A stretch of 64,000 bases of DNA, taken from NCBI GenBank assembly GCA_050945875.1, contig JBMNTT010000001.1, positions 28,580 to 92,579 of the forward strand, written 5' to 3'. The notes below the pieces were generated by a model. The model searched no databases. It was given only the letters and a program-made list of their open reading frames with translations, and was not told the DNA's origin. Shown one piece after another: positions 55,161 to 64,000 of the stretch. Made by a program: the position numbers and the translations under genes. This DNA comes from Christensenellales bacterium (GTDB taxonomy: Bacteria > Bacillota > Clostridia > Christensenellales > JBMNTT01). The first letter of the stretch is position 1; each line of letters opens with the position of its first letter.

Positions 55161-57550
55161 GGAGGACTCCCTTGACCCAACCGACCCATCGCAACCAGCA
55201 TCCCTTCGCCCAAATTTTACCCCGGCCCCGCCTGGACCGGTTGATGGACCATGCCCTGGGCGCCAACCTGATCGTCATCGGCGCGGCGCGGGGCTGGGGC
55301 AAGCGCACCCTGGCGCGCGACCATCTATCCCGGCGGCATCTGCCGGTGCACTGGCTGCAGCTGTCCGCGGCGGATCAGCCCGCCGCGCTGCGGATGCGTC
55401 AGGCCCTGGAGGATGTCCAGCGCCGTCCTGGCCCCCAGATAGTGGTGTTGGAGGATGTGCCCGCGGACACCGAACAGGATCTGGTGCGCCTGGCGGTTCA
55501 GGGCGTCGGCACGCCCCCGCCCGATGTCAAGGTGCTGTTTCTGGTCAACCGCTGCCTAACCGGCGAGGAGCTGGGCTTGGCCCTGCCGGTGCAGACCGCG
55601 GCCATCCACCAGGGGGAGTTGGCCTTCACCCGGGAGGAGGTCGCCGCCTACTTCCAGCAGGTCGGGATCCAGCTGGAGGGCAAAGCGGTCTCCGCGCTGA
55701 TGGCCCACACCGCCGGCATGGCCGCCGCCCTGGAGGCAATCTGCCAGGTCTACAGCGCCCACCGCGGCTGGGAGCCCCAATACGCCCAAAAGGTGCAGCA
55801 GCAGCTCCAGCCCTTGTTTGCCTGGGACCTGTGGCAACGGACGGATGCGCTCACCCGGGACCTGCTCATCGATATGGCGCTGGCCGGCCGGTTCACCCGG
55901 CAGATGCTCCGTTTCCTGCACCCCGAGCCCGAGACCGACGCGCGGTTGGACGACCTGGTGCGCAGCGGGCAAGTGTTGCCCGAAACCGACGCGCCCTGGT
56001 ACGCCCTGCAGCCCCAGGCTCGCGCCTTCTTGCTTGATTGCCCGGAGCGAGCGGACGAGCCGGCGCGCTGCGCGCGTATCGCCCGGTGGCATCTCCAGCA
56101 GGGAGCGCTGCGGGCGGCGCTAGCCTGCTGCACCCGCGCCGCTCAACCCGGCCTGTTGGGCGAGATCGCCGAGCGCATCCTCTTTAAGCAGCTGGACTTG
56201 GACATTTTTCAATCGCTCAGCGACGCCCTCAACAGCGTGCCCGAGCAGCAGGCCAGCCAGGAGCCCAGCCTGTGCTGCGCCCTGTGCTGCCTGGAAACCC
56301 TCAATGCGCGTGCGTCCCTGGCCAATCGGTGGCGGCGACGGTTGGAGGCGCTTTGCGCCCAGTCGCCCACCTTGGACAATCGCCAGCGCGTGTATCATGC
56401 CCAGCTGCTGACCGCGCCGGACGACGTCAGCCTCTATCACCGGTTTGTCAAGCGCCAGGAGGACATCGCGCCCCTGCAGAGCGACCTGGTTCTGCGCCAG
56501 TACACCTACATGATCCATGGCATAGTCAGCCTGCCCCACTGGCAACGGCACACGCCGGTGCTCAAGAAGCTCTTTGCCGGGCAAATTGAGCAGATTTTCG
56601 GGCCCATCGCCGAGGGAATCGAGCAGTTTTGGGCCTCCCACTGCCATTATGAGCGCGATCAGCTCAGCCAGAGCCTGGTGGAGGTCTCCAGCGCCTGCGC
56701 CGCGTGTGAGACCCAAAAGCTGGGCCAACTGCGCGCCGCCATCCATCTGCACCTGGCCCGGGTGCTGAGCGCCTATGGGCGATTGCCCGAGGCGACAGCC
56801 CTGCTGGACCGGCTCGCGGAGGATATCCTGGCCCAAGATACGCCCCTCCCCCCGGCGTTGGAGCCCCTTCGCATCCACTTCGCCCTGCTGGAGGGAGATT
56901 GGGGGCGGGTGTCCGCCTGGATGCGCATGGGCGCGCCGGATGACACCGCGCCCCTTCACGTGCTCTGCGCCGACGCCTTCACCATCAAGGCCAAGATCGA
57001 GCTGATACAGGGCCAACCCGACCGGGCCCTGGTGCTGCTGACGCGGCTGTCGAGTTTCCACCGAGCGGGCCAGCGGGTGCTGCCCCGCATCCACGCCCAG
57101 CTGCTGCAGGCGGCCTGTCTGGATCGCCTGGGCGAACGAACGCTGGCCCAGCAAACCCTGAGCGAGGCGCTCAGCGTCGGGCAGCGCCTGGGCTATGTGC
57201 GGGTTTTTGCCGACGAGGGACCGTTGGCTTTGGGATTGCTGCGTCAATACCGCACCGACGCACTCGACCCGGCATACCGCCGCGCAGTGCGCGACGCGGC
57301 GCAGCGCTGCACCCAGGCGTACCCCGCCTATGGGCGCACAGCCCAACGCCCAGCGCCCCGTCTGACCCCGGCGGAGCGCCGGGTGCTGGAGCTATTGGCC
57401 CAGGGGATGAGCAACCAGCAAATCAGCCAGGCGCTGGACATCCGTCTGCCCACCGTCAAAAACCACGCCTCCCACATCTACGCCAAGCTGCAGGTGCGCA
57501 GCCGATCCGCCGCCATCAACGCCGCCAAGGAGCGAGGACTGCTGCCCTGA
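55157..57550 (+). CDS. Large LuxR-family regulator (MalT/LAL-like; degenerate P-loop, helical repeats, C-terminal LuxR HTH)
   Basis: The ATG at 55157 overlaps the AraC stop (ATGA). The P-loop-like segment is VIGAARGWGKRTL. The C-terminus reads LTPAERRVLELLAQGMSNQQISQALDIRLPTVKNHASHIYAKL. Confidence 0.8.
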   Translation: MRRTPLTQPTHRNQHPFAQILPRPRLDRLMDHALGANLIVIGAARGWGKRTLARDHLSRRHLPVHWLQLSAADQPAALRMRQALEDVQRRPGPQIVVLEDVPADTEQDLVRLAVQGVGTPPPDVKVLFLVNRCLTGEELGLALPVQTAAIHQGELAFTREEVAAYFQQVGIQLEGKAVSALMAHTAGMAAALEAICQVYSAHRGWEPQYAQKVQQQLQPLFAWDLWQRTDALTRDLLIDMALAGRFTRQMLRFLHPEPETDARLDDLVRSGQVLPETDAPWYALQPQARAFLLDCPERADEPARCARIARWHLQQGALRAALACCTRAAQPGLLGEIAERILFKQLDLDIFQSLSDALNSVPEQQASQEPSLCCALCCLETLNARASLANRWRRRLEALCAQSPTLDNRQRVYHAQLLTAPDDVSLYHRFVKRQEDIAPLQSDLVLRQYTYMIHGIVSLPHWQRHTPVLKKLFAGQIEQIFGPIAEGIEQFWASHCHYERDQLSQSLVEVSSACAACETQKLGQLRAAIHLHLARVLSAYGRLPEATALLDRLAEDILAQDTPLPPALEPLRIHFALLEGDWGRVSAWMRMGAPDDTAPLHVLCADAFTIKAKIELIQGQPDRALVLLTRLSSFHRAGQRVLPRIHAQLLQAACLDRLGERTLAQQTLSEALSVGQRLGYVRVFADEGPLALGLLRQYRTDALDPAYRRAVRDAAQRCTQAYPAYGRTAQRPAPRLTPAERRVLELLAQGMSNQQISQALDIRLPTVKNHASHIYAKLQVRSRSAAINAAKERGLLP

Positions 57551-57644
57551 GCCCGGCGATGCAAGCGCCTGGGTCGGCGAACGCCCTGCGCGGACGCGCC
57601 GCCATGCCGCATCCCGCCGACAAGCGCCCGGCGGGGCGCAACCG

Positions 57645-57672
57645 AAAAAGGCCGCCCTTGCGGGCGGCCTTT
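57645..57672. terminator. Bidirectional intrinsic terminator between convergent units
   Basis: The structure is AAAAA-GGCCGCCC-ttgc-GGGCGGCC-TTT. Confidence 0.7.
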
Positions 57673-57684
57673 ACCGTGGGTTTA

Positions 57685-59190
57685 CTACAGGTGCGTCAGA
57701 TGGGCCAAGAGATCCTGGTCGTGATCCAACAGCTCCAGGAAAGTGCGCACGATGTCGGCGTCGAACTGGGTACCCGCGCCCTCGATCAGTTGCTGGCGAG
57801 TCTGATCCAAGCTCAGATGCGCGCGGTACTGCCGGTCGCTCATCATCGCATCGAAAGAATCGGCCACATTGATGATCCGGGCCAGCGGCTCGATCTGCTC
57901 CCCCTTGAGCCCGTCAGGATAGCCCTCGCCATCGTAGCGCTCATGGTGGTGGCGCACAATGGGCACCATGTCCTGGAACATGCTCACCGCCGAGAGAATC
58001 ATCGCCCCCTTGATGGGGTGCTGCTTGATCTGCTCAAACTCCGCCGCGCTGAGTTTGTCGGTCTTGAGCAGGATATCGTCCGCGGTGCCGATCTTGCCGA
58101 TGTCGTGGAAGATGCCCGCGATGCGCAGCTTTTCCATGTCCTCATCGGACAGGCCCATGCGCTGGCCGATCTTGCCCGCAAAGTAAGCCACCCGGTCAGA
58201 ATGGCCCCGGGTGTACTCATCCTTGGCGTCCACCGTCAGGCGCAGCACCTCAATGGTATCCATATAGCGCACCTTCAGCTGGGCGTAGGTGTTGTTGAGC
58301 TCCTCGTTCTTGGTGTTGACCAGGGAGTGCAAAAAGGCGTTGCTCACCGACGAGGCCGCCTGCCGCGCGTAGATTTCCAGCAGCCGCACGCCCTCATCCA
58401 GGTGGCTGGAGGAGACGTAGATCGCGCCGATGGCATTGCTGTGCTCATCCAATAGCGGCAGGATCACCCCGTCCTCCAGCAGGATGGTCCGGCTGTCGGT
58501 GCGCGCCCGGCCCACCGCCTCCATCAGCTCATGGTCCAACAGTTCCGTAAAAGAGTCGATGGGCACGTTGAACCGGCCGATCCCGCGGAAGATGCTCCGG
58601 TTGCTCTCCCCCTGGCCCCGGCTGGGCAAATCATCCACCAGGATGAACGCGTCGGCGCTCTGCACCATGGGCAATAGTTGCTGGAGAATCTCCTCCAGAA
58701 TGTTGCCGATGGGCTGAAGCTGATAGATCTTGGGCACCGCGCCCAGGATGGAATTGAGCCCATCGCGGAACTTCTTGATAATGCGCATCTGGGCGATGGA
58801 CTTGATGCCGGACTCAATGAGCAGTTGCAGCTGGTCCAGCCGGTCGCTCTTCTCGCAGTAGGCCTGGATATCCAGGCTCTTGATGGTCTCGATGGGGGGC
58901 GCCATGTCCTTATGTCCGGTCAGCAGCAGGATATAGAGCTCCTTGTTGGTCCTGCGAATCTGCTCAACCACCGCGTCCCCGTGCAGCGGCTGCATAAAGA
59001 AATCCAACACCAACAGATCGAAGGGTTCCTCCTCCAGTACCTTGAGCGCCTCCATGGGGTCGGTATAGCCCACGCACCAGTATCCGTTGCGGTTGAGCAT
59101 GGCTTTGACGCTGTCGATAATGCCTTCCTCGTCGTCCACCAGCATGATCTTAAATTCTTTTGATAAGGGGGTCGCGTGGCTCTTGCGCAT
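57685..59190 (-). CDS. Response regulator with REC, a GAF-like middle region and an HD-GYP domain (predicted c-di-GMP phosphodiesterase)
   Basis: The REC domain reads IMLVDDEEG...FDLLVLDFFM...LLLTGH. The HD-GYP domain reads GHSDRVA...FHDIGKIG...HHHERYDGEGYPDGL. The SD AAGGAG lies inside the kinase gene's 3' end. Confidence 0.85.
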   Translation of the reverse strand: MRKSHATPLSKEFKIMLVDDEEGIIDSVKAMLNRNGYWCVGYTDPMEALKVLEEEPFDLLVLDFFMQPLHGDAVVEQIRRTNKELYILLLTGHKDMAPPIETIKSLDIQAYCEKSDRLDQLQLLIESGIKSIAQMRIIKKFRDGLNSILGAVPKIYQLQPIGNILEEILQQLLPMVQSADAFILVDDLPSRGQGESNRSIFRGIGRFNVPIDSFTELLDHELMEAVGRARTDSRTILLEDGVILPLLDEHSNAIGAIYVSSSHLDEGVRLLEIYARQAASSVSNAFLHSLVNTKNEELNNTYAQLKVRYMDTIEVLRLTVDAKDEYTRGHSDRVAYFAGKIGQRMGLSDEDMEKLRIAGIFHDIGKIGTADDILLKTDKLSAAEFEQIKQHPIKGAMILSAVSMFQDMVPIVRHHHERYDGEGYPDGLKGEQIEPLARIINVADSFDAMMSDRQYRAHLSLDQTRQQLIEGAGTQFDADIVRTFLELLDHDQDLLAHLTHL

Positions 59191-59196
59191 GGATAA

Positions 59197-61035
59197 TTAT
59201 GCTCCTTCTCTGGCGGCGATCGTGCTTGGCAATTCAATATAGAAAGTGGTCCCCTCTCCCTTTTGGGAGGTAAACCACATGTCCCCCTGAAACATCCCCT
59301 TTACCGTACTATAGGACATGTACAGGCCCAGGCCGGTACCGTTCTTCCCTTTCGTGGTGATCATTTCCTTAAACAGGCGGCTACCGATCTTCTCGTCGAT
59401 CCCCGGCCCGCGATCCTGAACGGATATAAGAATTTTATCCCGTATCCTGTCGATTTGCAAGATAATTTCTCCGCCTTTTCCAGCGTATGCCTGCACCGCG
59501 TTGACGATAATATTGTCCAAGATTTGCACCATGGCGTTCAGATCCCCATAAATCGGCGTATTCTCCGATAGGTTGACCGACTCCGTCAGGGTGACGCCAT
59601 TTTTTACCAATTCATGTTGCATCAAGATACGCACCCGGCGCAGCATCTCGTAGACCGGGAAGGAGGACCGGGAGGTGACGTTCAACTGCGCAGCCTGGTC
59701 CTTGACGGCGGAGATGATCTCGGACATATAGGCCATGTGCCCTTTGAGCTTGCCCAGCCAATTGACCATCTCCCCAGCGATCTCGTGGTGATCCGCGGGG
59801 GTGACCTCGGGGTCCTCGATGGAGTCGTCGTACTCCTGGGCCAGATACTTGAGCTGGTCCAACCCGCCGGAGACCGCCATGATGGGGGTTTTGAGGTTAT
59901 GGGCGATGCCGCCGATGAGCTGACCCAGGCTGGCCAGGCGCTCGCGCTCAAGCAGAATAGCCTGGTTGGCCTGTATTTTCTCCAGGTCCATGATGTGCTC
60001 GGTGATATCCTTAAACAGCAGGATCACCGCGTCGCACCGGTTCTGCCGGAAGATGGGGGTGAACTCCACGGTGTAGTACCGGCGCGCGCCGCGCTCCTCA
60101 AAGTCCACCTCCGCGGTGCCGATCGCGTTATATTTCCCCGCCTGATCAATCTGATGCTTGATCAGGTCGATCTGCTCCGGGGACAGCTGGGTGCCGACAA
60201 GCACCTGGGTCAGGGACTCCCTGGGCGAGATGGCCTTGCCCTGAAAAAACGCGCCGGCAAAAGATTGGTTGTAGTCGATGATATCCAGTTGGGGCGTCAC
60301 CACCACGAACCCGTCGGAGATGCGGTTGATGACGGTCTGCAAGGCCACCGGCGCGATGCGCAGCAGGTTGAACTTAAACATCGCCAGCAGATAGCACAGC
60401 AAGGTGAAGGTGAAGGCCAGGGGCGTGGAGTACACGTTGAACCCCGGCGCCGCCAGGGTATAGCAGATGTTGACCACCGCGGGCACCACACTGCCGATAA
60501 CGATCAACCAGGCCTGGATGCCCTGCACACCGCTGTTCTTGATGGCAAAATAGCACAGCATCGCCCAGCCGGTAATCATGCAGACGTAAGAGTAGACCGC
60601 GTGCACGTAAAAATACAGGCCGGGCACATTGCCGCCCATGGGCGAGTAGACCTGGTAGAACAGGTGATGGTAGGGGTTGGTCCACACCATCACCTGGGTG
60701 ATGACCGGCACGATCAACAACAGCAAGGCCTTTTTCGGGATGCCCTGGTCCGCGCGACCGTACGCCAGACCCAGGAATACCAGGCTCACGCCGATGAACG
60801 CCGAGCCCACATACGTTAGGTTCTCCCAGATCAGGGCGATATCCATGTCGTGGGCGTAGACGCCCTGCAGCAAAGCCGCCCCGCTCCAGACGACCATCGC
60901 CCCGGTCATGGCGAGAAAGACATGGTGCAACGGGCGTTTTTCCCGCTGGCGCAGGATGTAGATCCCCATCACCACCAGGGCCACCAGGCCGACGCACACC
61001 CCGTAGAAGGACGGGGAATAGGGTCGATTGTTCAT
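59197..61035 (-). CDS. Sensor histidine kinase with an N-terminal 7TM domain, a PAS-like domain, HisKA and HATPase
   Basis: The ATG at 61035 follows AGGAGG. Seven hydrophobic segments are present. The H-box is LIGGIAHNLKTPI, the N-box is DNIIVNAVQA, and the G-boxes are DRGPGID and GTGLGL. Confidence 0.85.
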   Translation of the reverse strand: MNNRPYSPSFYGVCVGLVALVVMGIYILRQREKRPLHHVFLAMTGAMVVWSGAALLQGVYAHDMDIALIWENLTYVGSAFIGVSLVFLGLAYGRADQGIPKKALLLLIVPVITQVMVWTNPYHHLFYQVYSPMGGNVPGLYFYVHAVYSYVCMITGWAMLCYFAIKNSGVQGIQAWLIVIGSVVPAVVNICYTLAAPGFNVYSTPLAFTFTLLCYLLAMFKFNLLRIAPVALQTVINRISDGFVVVTPQLDIIDYNQSFAGAFFQGKAISPRESLTQVLVGTQLSPEQIDLIKHQIDQAGKYNAIGTAEVDFEERGARRYYTVEFTPIFRQNRCDAVILLFKDITEHIMDLEKIQANQAILLERERLASLGQLIGGIAHNLKTPIMAVSGGLDQLKYLAQEYDDSIEDPEVTPADHHEIAGEMVNWLGKLKGHMAYMSEIISAVKDQAAQLNVTSRSSFPVYEMLRRVRILMQHELVKNGVTLTESVNLSENTPIYGDLNAMVQILDNIIVNAVQAYAGKGGEIILQIDRIRDKILISVQDRGPGIDEKIGSRLFKEMITTKGKNGTGLGLYMSYSTVKGMFQGDMWFTSQKGEGTTFYIELPSTIAAREGA

Positions 61036-61046
61036 GCGCTCGCCTC

Positions 61047-64000
61047 CTATCTCGACCGCTCCAGCCCGTCCAGCAGCCGCGCCAGGTAGGGCGCGTCCGC
61101 CGGAGGGATGGCGCATCCCGCCCGCCGTAGCCAAGGCTCCGTGCCCTGGGTGGACAGGCGAATCTTTCCGCCCACATCCGCGCTGCCCAGCTGCTCCATC
61201 ACGCCGGGCAGGTCCCGCTCGGACACCCGGCTGAGGGCCTCGCGCCGGAAAACCGCGTCGGGCGCGAAGCGAACCGGTCGGCCCAGCTGAGTCAACATCC
61301 GCGCCAGTTCGGCCACCGACAGCTGCTGGGGGTTACACAGATGGAAAACCCGCTGATGCAGACCCGGCAGGCTGGCCAGGGCGACCAGAGCCCGGGCGCA
61401 GGCGTCCACCGGGGTCATCTCCAGCAGATGCTCGCGGATACTCTCGGGCGCGAGCCCCAAGTGGATCATGGCCAACAGCCGGTTGGCGAAAGCGTTCTTC
61501 TCCGGGCGGCGCTGGAAGCCGCCGTCGCTATGTCGACCGGTCAGCACGCCCACGCGGAAAATGCGCGCCGGCAGGCCCTTCTGGGCGGCCCCCAGCACCA
61601 GGGTCTCGGCCAGCAGCTTGCTGTGGACATAGGGGTTGCCCCCATCCTCCTGGCCGACATAGCAGTCCCGCTCGGTGAACACGCCGCTGCGCTCGGGCTG
61701 ACCCCGGTAGCCAACGCCCGACACCGACACGGTGGATACATGCAATAGCTGGGCTCCGGCCCGCTTCGCCCAGGCGATCACATGGGCGGTGCCCTGGGTG
61801 TTGACCCGCTCGAACAGGGCGGCGTCGCCCACGTGGTCGGTGATGGCGGCGCAGTGGATGACCGTGTCCACCCCGGGCAGGGCTTCGTCGGTCAGGCGCG
61901 GCCGGGTGACGTCCCCGGGCACGGCATAGACCCTGCCCGCAAAGCGCGCGCCCTGGCCGGGGAAGTAGAAATCGAGCGTCTCGTCCAGCCGACGCTGGGC
62001 CTCGGCCCGATCCCGGCCCCGCACCAGGCAGGCGACCCGGCAGCCCGGCCGGCCGGCCAGCTCGTCGAGCACATGGGCGCCCAGGTAGCCCGTCGCGCCG
62101 GTGAGCAGCACATGCCCCATCGGCGCGGGGGTCAGAGCGGGATCGTCGGCCACGGGCCGGTCCTTCCAGGCCGCCAGGGGATCCCGGCCCTGAGGCTCGG
62201 CGCGCTGCCGCTCCAGCGAAGCGCACAGCGCGCGAAGGGTGCGCAGGTCGTAAAAATCCTGGGTGCGCAGCGCCACGCCCAGGGGCATCAGCGCCGCCTG
62301 CACCTTGATCACCGCCAGGGAGTCGCCGCCCAGGTCGAAAAAGCTATCCTCGGGCAGCACCTGATCCACGGCGAGCACCTTCTTCCAGATGCGGGCCATG
62401 CGGCGCTCCCAGGGGGTGTAGGCCACCTTGCCGGCGGGTTTGGCGCTGGGTTGCTCGGTCAGTTTCGGATCGGGCAGCGCCCGGCGGTTGACCTTGCCGT
62501 TGGCGGTCAGGGGGAAGGCGGTCAGGTGCACGAAGTAGGCCGGCACCATGTAGGCCGGCAGGCCCGCGCCCAAGCTGGCGCGCAGCTCGCCCTGGTCGAT
62601 GGGCCGCTCGGCGACATAGTAGGCGCACAGGTACTTGTTGGGGCCCTGATCCAGGTCCCGCACCAGGGCGGCCTCCACGCCCTTAACCCGGCGCAGGGCG
62701 GCCTCAATCTCGCCCAGCTCGATGCGCAGACCCCGGATTTTGACCTGGTGGTCCACCCGGCCGCGAATCTCCATCTCCCCGTCCTCCCGGTAGCAGCACA
62801 CGTCGCCGGACTGGTACATGACGTTGCCCGGGCGGAAGGGATCGGGCAGGAACTTCTCAGCGTTGAGCTGGGGCCGGTTGATGTAGCCGGTGGCCACGCA
62901 GGCCCCGCTGATGTAGGCCTCCCCCAGCACCCCGATGGGCGTGGGATGGCGGTAGGCGTCCAGGATATACATGCGGGTGTTGATCATGGAGCGGCCGATG
63001 GTGATGTGGTTGGTATGGGTCAGGTCCTTGAAGGTGCAGTACACCGTGGTCTCGGTAGGTCCATAGCCGCTGATCAGCGTGGCCTTGGGCAGGTAGCGCT
63101 TGAGCAGCTTGAGCAGCGACAGGGGGTACTCCTCCCCGCCGAGGACCATCTTGCGGATGTGCGCCCCCGCGGCTCGGCGGAAGGAGGCGTCCTCCATCAG
63201 CAGGCGCATGCGGGTGGGCGTGGTCTGGATAAAGCCCACATCCTCCCGCTCGATCAGCGCCGCCAGCAGCGGCGGCTGGCGCAGCTCCTCCTCGGTGCAC
63301 AGCGCCACCGCGCAGCCGTACAAAAGCGGCAGCAGGCAGTCCACCACAAAGATGTCAAAGGACACGGTGGTCACCGACACGCTCTTCATCCACTGGGGGT
63401 ATCCGATGCTCTGGCGCACATCCTCATAGAGGTTGCGCATCGCCCGCCGGGGCAGGATCGCCCCCTTGGGCACGCCGGTGGAGCCCGAGGTGTAGATCAC
63501 ATAGCAGGGGTCCTCGGCGCCGGCCAGGTCCACGGGGTTCTCCCCCGCTCCCTGGTCGCCGATCTCGCCCAGCCGCAGCACCTTTCCGGCGAACGCCCCC
63601 AGCGAGCCGCTGCCGTCGGTCAAGAGCACCGTGGCTCCGCTGTCGCGCAGCATGAAGCCCACGCGGTCAGCGGGATAGCTGGGGTCCAGGGGCAGATAGC
63701 CCGCCGAGGCCTTGAGGATGCCGAACAGGCCCGCCACCATGTCCAGGCTGCGCCGGGCGCACAGGGCCACCAGGGTGCCCCGGCCGACGCCCGCCGCCTT
63801 CAGCGCCCAGGCGATGGCGTTGGCCCGGGCGTTGAGCTGGGCGAAGGTGTATCGCTCCCCGGCCACCACCAGGGCTTCGCGCTCCCCCTGGTCCCGGGCG
63901 ACGCGCTCCAGGATGCCCGGCACGCTCGCGCCGAAATCCACCGGCGCGTCGGTCTGATTAAAGCCCTGGGTCAGCTGATCGAACTCGGCCTGGCTGAGCA
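61047..64000 (-). CDS. Non-ribosomal peptide synthetase, terminal module A-T-R (adenylation, carrier, thioester reductase); 5' end lies outside the window
   Basis: The A-domain motifs are YVIYTSGSTGVPKG, GYGPTETT, GELEIRG-type and NGKVNRRALP. The PCP motif is FFDLGGDSLAV. The R domain has LLTGATGYLGAHV and YVHSK. The frame stays open upstream of the track start (...LSQAEFDQLTQGFNQTDAPVDF) to nt 64000. Confidence 0.88.
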   Translation of the reverse strand, partial: LSQAEFDQLTQGFNQTDAPVDFGASVPGILERVARDQGEREALVVAGERYTFAQLNARANAIAWALKAAGVGRGTLVALCARRSLDMVAGLFGILKASAGYLPLDPSYPADRVGFMLRDSGATVLLTDGSGSLGAFAGKVLRLGEIGDQGAGENPVDLAGAEDPCYVIYTSGSTGVPKGAILPRRAMRNLYEDVRQSIGYPQWMKSVSVTTVSFDIFVVDCLLPLLYGCAVALCTEEELRQPPLLAALIEREDVGFIQTTPTRMRLLMEDASFRRAAGAHIRKMVLGGEEYPLSLLKLLKRYLPKATLISGYGPTETTVYCTFKDLTHTNHITIGRSMINTRMYILDAYRHPTPIGVLGEAYISGACVATGYINRPQLNAEKFLPDPFRPGNVMYQSGDVCCYREDGEMEIRGRVDHQVKIRGLRIELGEIEAALRRVKGVEAALVRDLDQGPNKYLCAYYVAERPIDQGELRASLGAGLPAYMVPAYFVHLTAFPLTANGKVNRRALPDPKLTEQPSAKPAGKVAYTPWERRMARIWKKVLAVDQVLPEDSFFDLGGDSLAVIKVQAALMPLGVALRTQDFYDLRTLRALCASLERQRAEPQGRDPLAAWKDRPVADDPALTPAPMGHVLLTGATGYLGAHVLDELAGRPGCRVACLVRGRDRAEAQRRLDETLDFYFPGQGARFAGRVYAVPGDVTRPRLTDEALPGVDTVIHCAAITDHVGDAALFERVNTQGTAHVIAWAKRAGAQLLHVSTVSVSGVGYRGQPERSGVFTERDCYVGQEDGGNPYVHSKLLAETLVLGAAQKGLPARIFRVGVLTGRHSDGGFQRRPEKNAFANRLLAMIHLGLAPESIREHLLEMTPVDACARALVALASLPGLHQRVFHLCNPQQLSVAELARMLTQLGRPVRFAPDAVFRREALSRVSERDLPGVMEQLGSADVGGKIRLSTQGTEPWLRRAGCAIPPADAPYLARLLDGLERSR

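Overview
The window is a high-GC chromosomal segment; spot counts on coding lines run about 62-78% G+C. Gene content and signals point to a Clostridia-type Firmicute: a T-box leader, a Cheo/LexA box, DegV, GatCAB, lipoprotein lipoboxes and strong GGAGG Shine-Dalgarno sites. That lineage call is inference, because no database search was possible. I resolve about 57 protein genes, one tRNA-Val(GAC), one T-box riboswitch, several consensus promoters and many GC-rich intrinsic terminators. Most long ORFs in the track are antisense 'shadow' ORFs typical of high-GC DNA. I kept only frames with recognisable family motifs, an SD plus start context, and operon logic.

Gene content, in order:
- tig (partial), a homocysteine S-methyltransferase, a NUDIX hydrolase and a nitroreductase.
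- A TetR gene, then a DUF308 / MMPL / xxxLxxG-heptad-protein operon.
- A RACo-type corrinoid activase and tRNA-Val.
- T-box, then aspS::gatC-gatA-gatB.
- degV and uvrBA with a perfect Cheo box.
- A small gene frameshifted by a 10-bp tandem duplication.
- Cytoplasmic glycosidases of families GH35, GH31 and GH51 with their regulators.
- A tandem pair of DUF2087 genes.
- An ECF sigma module.
- An inositol monophosphatase, a MATE transporter, and a TetR/SDR divergent pair.
- dinB.
- A six-gene Wzx/Wzy-type glycan operon.
- A split chrA pair.
- A Gfo-ThuA-Gfo operon with an AraC regulator and a large LuxR regulator.
- A partial reductase-terminated NRPS followed directly by a 7TM sensor kinase and a REC-HD-GYP response regulator.

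I saw no transposase, integrase, prophage, CRISPR array or recognisable defence system.

The observations I consider most worth follow-up are:
1. An in-frame AspRS-GatC fusion sitting behind a T-box whose specifier reads AAC (Asn).
2. The NRPS(A-T-R) / sensor kinase / HD-GYP transcription unit, whose two-component genes show a compositional dip.
3. The translationally coupled MMPL plus heptad-repeat exported protein.
4. The 10-bp duplication pseudogene.
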